Assembly (NCBI GenBank): GCA_964016885.1
Contig: OZ024742.1
Span: 65,658,001-65,722,000, forward strand
Source: Eledone cirrhosa
Taxonomy: Eukaryota
Direction of reading: 5' to 3'
DNA length: 64,000 bases
Within the stretch, counting starts at the first letter, position 1. Every line of letters begins with the position of its first letter. The position numbers and the translations under genes were made by a program. A model generated the notes under the pieces. It saw nothing but the letters and a program-made list of their open reading frames with translations, had not been told where the DNA came from and made no database searches. This document shows positions 56,401 to 64,000 of this stretch, piece by piece.

Positions 56401-57084
56401 GTATTTGACAAGCCTGGACTATTATAAACAATTTTCGTCTACTCAATTTCACTCATAATGTTTTGGTAAACCACGCTTCCACAAGACGCGTGACAGTTTG
56501 ATCGAACCTGGGAATTCATGACTGCGAATCAAACCTTGCAACTGTTCAACAATGCCTACGCTCACGTGCTAATAATGGGAAGCTGAAACAATGTAATCGT
56601 ATCGGATTATGAAAAATCCTGAATATTTTAGATATTGTATATCTATTTATTCGATTTCAGATAGTCGTAAATTATATTCACTTTCTCTATATCAACCATA
56701 AATCATCGCTAGAGTTCTGTTTTATGTACATTTTGGTATTAGCTTCTGACAACTTAATATTATAGCATCTGTGACGGAGGACACTTTGTGAAATATCTCT
56801 CGATTTGTCAGTCTGGCTGTTCCCCTGCATGGCATAATACATCTGTTAAATTTGATATCTATATATTTGAGATTCATTTATCTGTCTCTCACAACACTAT
56901 CGCCCTTGCCTCACCATCGTTGTCAATCGATCTTTATAACTAAAGCCTTTCTTCCCTCTCTCACTAGCGCTCCCGAAATGTATATATATATATATATCTT
57001 TCTATCTTTTTACTTATATCTATATATCAAACATATTTCTACCACTACACACACATACATACACACAAACAGACGGACACACAC

Positions 57085-57278
<194 letters not shown>

Positions 57279-57451
57279 GTATATACGTACATATATATGG
57301 ATTTATCGATCCGGCAATCGATCAATGAAGCTAGCTATCCAAAGTATTACCTACATATAAGCATACAAACACATGACTTTCCCTCTTTATTTTTCTCTCT
57401 CATTATATATATCTATATATCTGTATCTATATCTATATCTATATCTATCTC

Positions 57452-57558
<107 letters not shown>

Positions 57559-58582
57559 GAATACAGATATATATATAGATAGATATAGATATAGATACAT
57601 ATATATATATATATATATATATGAATACAAATATATATATATAAATGCATACAAAAGCACACACAGATTTAAGTATTTATGTATATTTATGTATATATTG
57701 AAGAATGACCCCTTGCGTATTTCCACATCACATCCCAAAGTATAGCACTTACCTGTGTTTACACACCACTTTATTATATAAGCAATATGCAAATATTTGT
57801 CGGTGTCCATTATCTGACTATTATAGTGCACACATATATATATGTACATACAAAAATACACACACTCATATATACATATATACACACACATATATATATA
57901 TATAAATATGCGCGTGTGTGCCTACATACGTAGATATGCTTACAAATATATATATATATGTGTGTACAAATACACACAACTACAAACTACATCGCTACAT
58001 TTCTACTGCATACATATGTGTATTTATATATGCAAATACATATATACACACACACGTATACATACACACACATATATATACACATTTATATATATATGCA
58101 TATACACACAAACACATACAAACACAGACACACTCACACACGCACACGTGCGCGCGCGCACAAACACACACATAACACACACATATATATATACAAATAT
58201 ATAAACATGTATGATAATATAAGGAAACCAACAAAGTATATAATTACAATTCCAATATTGACGAAGGGACTAGAATCCTATATTGTTTCAGTGGAAAACT
58301 TTAATTCCCTATTTAATAAATCTTTTCTCAGTTTCATCTGCCAGATGTCGCCTAATGGTATGGAATGAATTGCCGCAATAACATCTAAATACAGCAAAAT
58401 GTCCTCCAAACAAATAACATATGATAATGATGCTAAGCAAACACTGACACCAGATCTTCCATATATTTTATCGAAATGTGAAATTTAAATGAACTGACTC
58501 TTCATACTTTACTGTTACTCGATACTGAATGGACGACACCGTATGGACAACAGTCAAATTTGACACCGGTGCACTTGATAAT

Positions 58583-58768
58583 AATTGTTTCTATTTTTGG
58601 CACAAGGCCAGCAATTATTCCAGTACATTAGTAGTACTATATTTTATCGACACCGTAAGGATGAAAGGCTAAGTTAACCTCGGCGGGATTTGAACTCAGA
58701 TCGTAAAGGGACGTAACTATGCTGGAAGCATGCCCGACCCTCTACCGATACTGCCAATTCACCGCCCT
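58583..58768 (-). mobile_element. Nin/Deu-core SINE, near full length
   Basis: Same head, core and tail as the copy at 60239. Confidence 0.9.
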
Positions 58769-59090
58769 AATAATGTTGATGATGAGGATGTGGTTTATGG
58801 TTGTGATGGTAATGGTGGTGGTAGTGAGAGAAATGATAGTGGTAATTTTGATGGAGGTGGTGAGGACGATAATGTCGAAATCGGAAATTTAACAGCCTAT
58901 GTTGAATATATATTGGAATTCAGAACTTAATAATACGCAACAAAAAATTGAAAGGCCATTGTGGTCATCACTAAACGTATTCCTGCTTCAAATAATGATA
59001 TTAATTTCTTTAACTATTAATTATTATTTTTTTAATTAATATTAATATTTTTTTATTAATAATAATAGCAACATTTTGCGTTGACGCGAT

Positions 59091-59156
<66 letters not shown>

Positions 59157-59655
59157 TACCGAGTATCGCATTTCGGCTATTGGAGATTAGCGAAAAACAA
59201 CTACCGAAATGTGTGGCAAGCGTTCAATAGAAACGAGTGAACTAGAGCAAAAACATACGTTAAAAGGCCAAACACACTGAGATGATGGTTAAACCATTAA
59301 CCGCAAAGCCATAGAAGCGAACAAGCTATTCGGGTCAAACAAATAATAAAATATGATTGAAAAATATACCCGGACCCTTAGAAACGGTGGTAAAATCCAA
59401 TATAGGGTTTGTACAACTCCTAAATCAGGTACTGTCTGCTTAAAAAAATATTGTTAAGCTTTTGGTATGATGATCGAACAAGGAAGTGAGTTTTTCAACA
59501 GGCATTTAGTTCTATGCAAAGCTAAGGAACTGGTCGTTATCTGAACCCACGCGTGGGGTCAGAAGGGAGAGAACCCGTAGCTTTGGCTGATGAATTCAGT
59601 ATGTGTGGTTATTGCAAAATTGCAAAATATCACAAAACGAATTAAGCTCTCGACA

Positions 59656-59903
<248 letters not shown>

Positions 59904-59913
59904 CACCCCCCCC

Positions 59914-59974
<61 letters not shown>

Positions 59975-60045
59975 GTGTGTGTGTGTGAGTGTGTGTGTGT
60001 GTGTAATGTGTGTGTGTGTATGTATGTGTGTATATATAAATATAA

Positions 60046-60076
<31 letters not shown>

Positions 60077-60090
60077 GACACACACATACG

Positions 60091-60126
<36 letters not shown>

Positions 60127-60238
60127 CCTGCTGCGGAGGACTAGGATTGCTAGGGGATAGGGTTCTATAGGTATTAAAATGACTTCAAAGCTCCACTTCA
60201 TTGGAACTGCATATGGTAACGGTAAGAGTTAATTTAAT

Positions 60239-60432
60239 TGTTTCTACTTTTGGCACAAGGCCAGCAATTACCCAGTATATTACTGGTACTTTATTTTATC
60301 GACCCCGTAAGGATGAAAGGCAAAGTCAACCTCGGCGGGATTTGAACTCAGAATGGCAAGGGCCGTAACTCTATGCGCCAAAGCATGGCGTCCGACCCTC
60401 TACCGATACTGCCAATCCACCGCCCTTCGGTC
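60239..60432 (-). mobile_element. Full-length Nin/Deu-core SINE with 14-bp TSD
   Basis: TSD agagttaatttaat at 60225-60238 and 60433-60446. Confidence 0.92.
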
Positions 60433-60631
60433 AGAGTTAATTTAATGGTCTGCTGGTGTTCAGAAAATGTTTATGAGTGTTATATATGCATATATCTTTC
60501 TGTCTCTCTGTCAGTCTGTTTATCAGTCTCTTTGTATGTACATATATATATATAATGTGAATATACATACATACATACGCACTCACACACACACATATAT
60601 AGAGAGAGACATAGACATACGCACATACACT

Positions 60632-60667
<36 letters not shown>

Positions 60668-60669
<2 letters not shown>

Positions 60670-60827
60670 GGAGTAAGTAAGACCCCGACGGCTGAGCTCA
60701 AGCCGTTTCGACGGCTAATTCTGTACCCGTCGGGGTCTTACTTACTCCTATTACCCACTCTACTACCCTAAGTATTGAGTACTTTGGTGCGTTATGGTCC
60801 ACCTGGTTCCTTACCACTTTTCCTTCG

Positions 60828-60829
<2 letters not shown>
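60668..60829 (+). mobile_element. Family B mini fold-back
   Basis: taggagtaagtaagaccccgacgg / ccgtcggggtcttacttactccta inverted pair, then a tail like 7520-7600. Confidence 0.8.
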
Positions 60830-60866
<37 letters not shown>

Positions 60867-61549
60867 CATAGACATACATATACATACATACACGCACACA
60901 AACACACACACGCACACACACATATATGTATATACACGTGCGTCTATATCTGCATATATATTACTAATTGCCCCTCTTGTCTAGCATACAAACAAGACAT
61001 TTGCAAATAAACGCCGTTTTGCACATACAGCCCAACCTATAAACAATTACATTTATGAACGTATTGACGGCTTTTTCCCGCTTACAACTCTTGATCAAAG
61101 AACCAGAAGATATTTAGACAGCCATTTTCAAACCTATAACACAATACGTAGCGCAGGAAATTTTGAACGTAAAAATCCAGTTTTTATCATTCATTATTAA
61201 CTATTGTATTGCATTGTATTTTATAGTAATACTATTCCCTGTTGTAATTTAACGAATTGAAAGTCTATCATGTTTTCTTGTCTTACATTTATTTATATAT
61301 TTAAAAATTTTTTTAAAAATATTTTATTGTATAATTTATATTTTACATTATTTCTAGAGATATATCGACCGTTATCCTCTCATTATCTTTATAATCATTT
61401 TATCGCATTTCATTAAATTGTTTGAGAGGAAGTTTGTGCTCTGTTATTAACAGTGACATAAAAACGCACGAAGACACACAAATACACGTACTCACACACC
61501 CATACAGAAATCGCTGAATTAAATTAATATATATGTGCATTATGCATTC

Positions 61550-61574
61550 ATATATATATATATATGTATGTCTG

Positions 61575-61624
<50 letters not shown>

Positions 61625-61734
61625 AATGCATCTATACAGGCACGCATATACCCCACCACACATGTATATAATTGCATATGTGTGCCTGCATAGTGTATGC
61701 ATATGAGTGAAATATATATATATATGTATGTCTG

Positions 61735-61776
<42 letters not shown>

Positions 61777-61870
61777 AATGCATCTATACAGGCACGCATA
61801 TACCCCACCACACATGTATATAATTGCATATGTGTGCCTGCATAGTGTATGCATATGAGTGAAATATATA
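61550..61870. repeat. Recent ~165-bp tandem duplication containing (TA)n
   Basis: Two copies of tgtctgtatgta(TA)n cataaatgcatctatacaggc...gagtgaaatatata differing mainly in TA length. Confidence 0.9.
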
Positions 61871-62012
61871 ACGATCGGGGTTAATTCCCTACTCTAAAAC
61901 GGAGCTGTTAATATATGGATTGCTAACCGTTCATCAAAAGTTTCAACATTGTTTTGTGTATAGTTAGCCCTTTCTCTTGCTGTTGCTAATACATACATAC
62001 ATACATACATAG

Positions 62013-62053
<41 letters not shown>

Positions 62054-62220
62054 GTGTACATCCATATATACATACGCACACGACATATAAAAATATACAA
62101 ATATGCACACATAATATAAATATTTATATATGTATGTATACATATGCACTTCTTACACACCACATACACACACACATATACATATACATACATATATATA
62201 TATATGAATATACATCATCC

Positions 62221-62314
<94 letters not shown>

Positions 62315-62847
62315 TTTATGTTTTCCATAAGATGTTAATGAATAAAAACTGCATACTTCGAATATAATTCAATACCATTTTATTATTAATATATATTACC
62401 CCAACCCCCACTACCAGAAATAAATTCGTTTTCCAATTAAATTTAATTCAGTGTTTCGAAAATCACTTTGTGGGAATTTCATATCATCATTTGCCCCTTG
62501 TTCTAGACGATTCTATAGAAATCCCAATATAAAAAATAAAAAGTTAGGTATAAGGAAATTACATGACAACAATGTATCTGAATGTCTATATATATATACA
62601 CACAAACGCACATATATATAAATATACATATATACACAGACACACATATATATATATATATATAAATATATTATAAATATATGTGTATATGTATATCATA
62701 TAATGTTTGGGTATATATATATTATACATATATTATATATATATGTATAATATACGCATATATATATATATATATACATATGACATATATATATAATATA
62801 TGTATAATATATATATATATATATATATATACACAAACATTATATAA

Positions 62848-63035
62848 TCGGTGAATTGGCAGTATCGGTGGAGGGTTGGTCGCCATGCCTTCTAGCATAG
62901 TTACGTCCCTTTACGGTCTGAGTTCAAATCCCGCCAAGGTTAACTTTGCCTTTCATCCTTACGGGGTCGATAAAATAAAGTACCAGTAGTGTACTGGGTA
63001 ATTGCTGGCCTTGTGCCTAAAGTATAAACAATTAT
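62848..63035 (+). mobile_element. Nin/Deu-core SINE, full length
   Basis: cggtgaattggcagtatcgg head, gttcaaatccc B box, core and tail. Confidence 0.9.
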
Positions 63036-63543
63036 ATAATATACATATATACATATATTTATAATATATATATATATATATATATATAAATCATGCACAC
63101 AAACACATTTAGAATGAAACGGGATAATACTTGTATGCAGGCACTCGCAAACAATAAAACTTAATAAGATGTTCACTCGCCTAATTCACTCAAATACACA
63201 AAAGACCCTCCTCACTTTCTCGAGCGCATGTGAACAAATTCCCACACTCATACATAAACACAAACGCTCAAGCACACACGGATAGAAACACATCCACAAA
63301 CTTGTGTTACCACGTGGACAGACACACAATTGCGCGCATAAATACTCTCACTTATGCAGTACAACACACATATTCTCAGTCACATGCATTCATATATATG
63401 TGTGTGTTGCGGGTGGGTCGTAAACTGGTGATGATGATACATATGTATATATACATACATACGCACACACACACACATATATATATATATGCATATATAT
63501 ATAGAGAGAATAGAAAACGCCTATGGAAGCATCGTAGCTGCCA

Positions 63544-63607
<64 letters not shown>

Positions 63608-63619
63608 ACATATATATAT

Positions 63620-63772
63620 AGGTAAGTTATTCCGGGTTGAATCGGAGGTAACCACAGGAAGTAAGGTACTCAATACATAACAGAGTATAAAAGTTTTAAT
63701 ATAGATGATATTCTACAGGACTAGAACTGTTTCATTCTTTAGAAATCATCAGGAATCTGGCTTTCCAAAATA

Positions 63773-63775
<3 letters not shown>
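63620..63775 (-). mobile_element. Family F 3' end with intact HHR
   Basis: Near-identical to 23872-24010. Confidence 0.85.
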
Positions 63776-63824
<49 letters not shown>

Positions 63825-63825
63825 T

Positions 63826-64000
63826 AACGAAGAAAGTGTGGTAAGGAACCAGATGGACCATAACGCACCAGAGTACTCAATACTTAGAGTAGTAGAGTGG
63901 GTAATAGGAAAATGTTTAACTCCGACGGCAGAGCTCAAGCTGTTTTGACGGCTATTTCTGGAGTCCAGAAATAGCCGCCGAAACGGCTTGAGCTCTGCCG
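63826..64000 (-). mobile_element. Family B fold-back, runs off the window end
   Basis: Tail then palindrome centred ~63961 (atttctgga|gtccagaaat). Confidence 0.8.

Noticed and set aside
60330-60432. tRNA gene (A and B boxes)
   Set aside because: Head of a multi-copy SINE with core, tail and TSD; no cloverleaf

Overview
AT-rich, repeat-saturated animal genomic DNA, intergenic or intronic. The SINE families and microsatellite load suggest a cephalopod (Octopus-like), but that is inference. No host gene exon can be supported; nearly all listed ORFs are translations of (TA)n/(CA)n/(GA)n/triplet microsatellites. Real coding remnants are all mobile elements: a 5'-truncated Penelope-like element (RT + C-terminal GIY-YIG, 23872-28107), a near full-length frameshifted R4/Dong-type RLE non-LTR element (35365-39133, minus) abutting a (CATA)n tract, CRE-type and RTE-type LINE fragments, a mariner 5' end, an hAT-like element with 8-bp TSD, a non-autonomous Helitron carrying a 37-bp minisatellite, and many tRNA-derived SINEs. 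The standout feature is a community of at least seven unrelated families of (TA)n-inserted elements carrying type I hammerhead ribozyme (HHR) motifs, five of which occur as asymmetric fold-back (inverted-repeat) insertions. One arm keeps a family-specific tail; the other stops at an internal TA-like microhomology. One family is physically linked to the Penelope-like ORF. The window also holds a multi-copy bipartite RTE-derived mini-element and (TA)n-centred inverted duplications of flanking DNA. All coordinates and pairings were read by eye.
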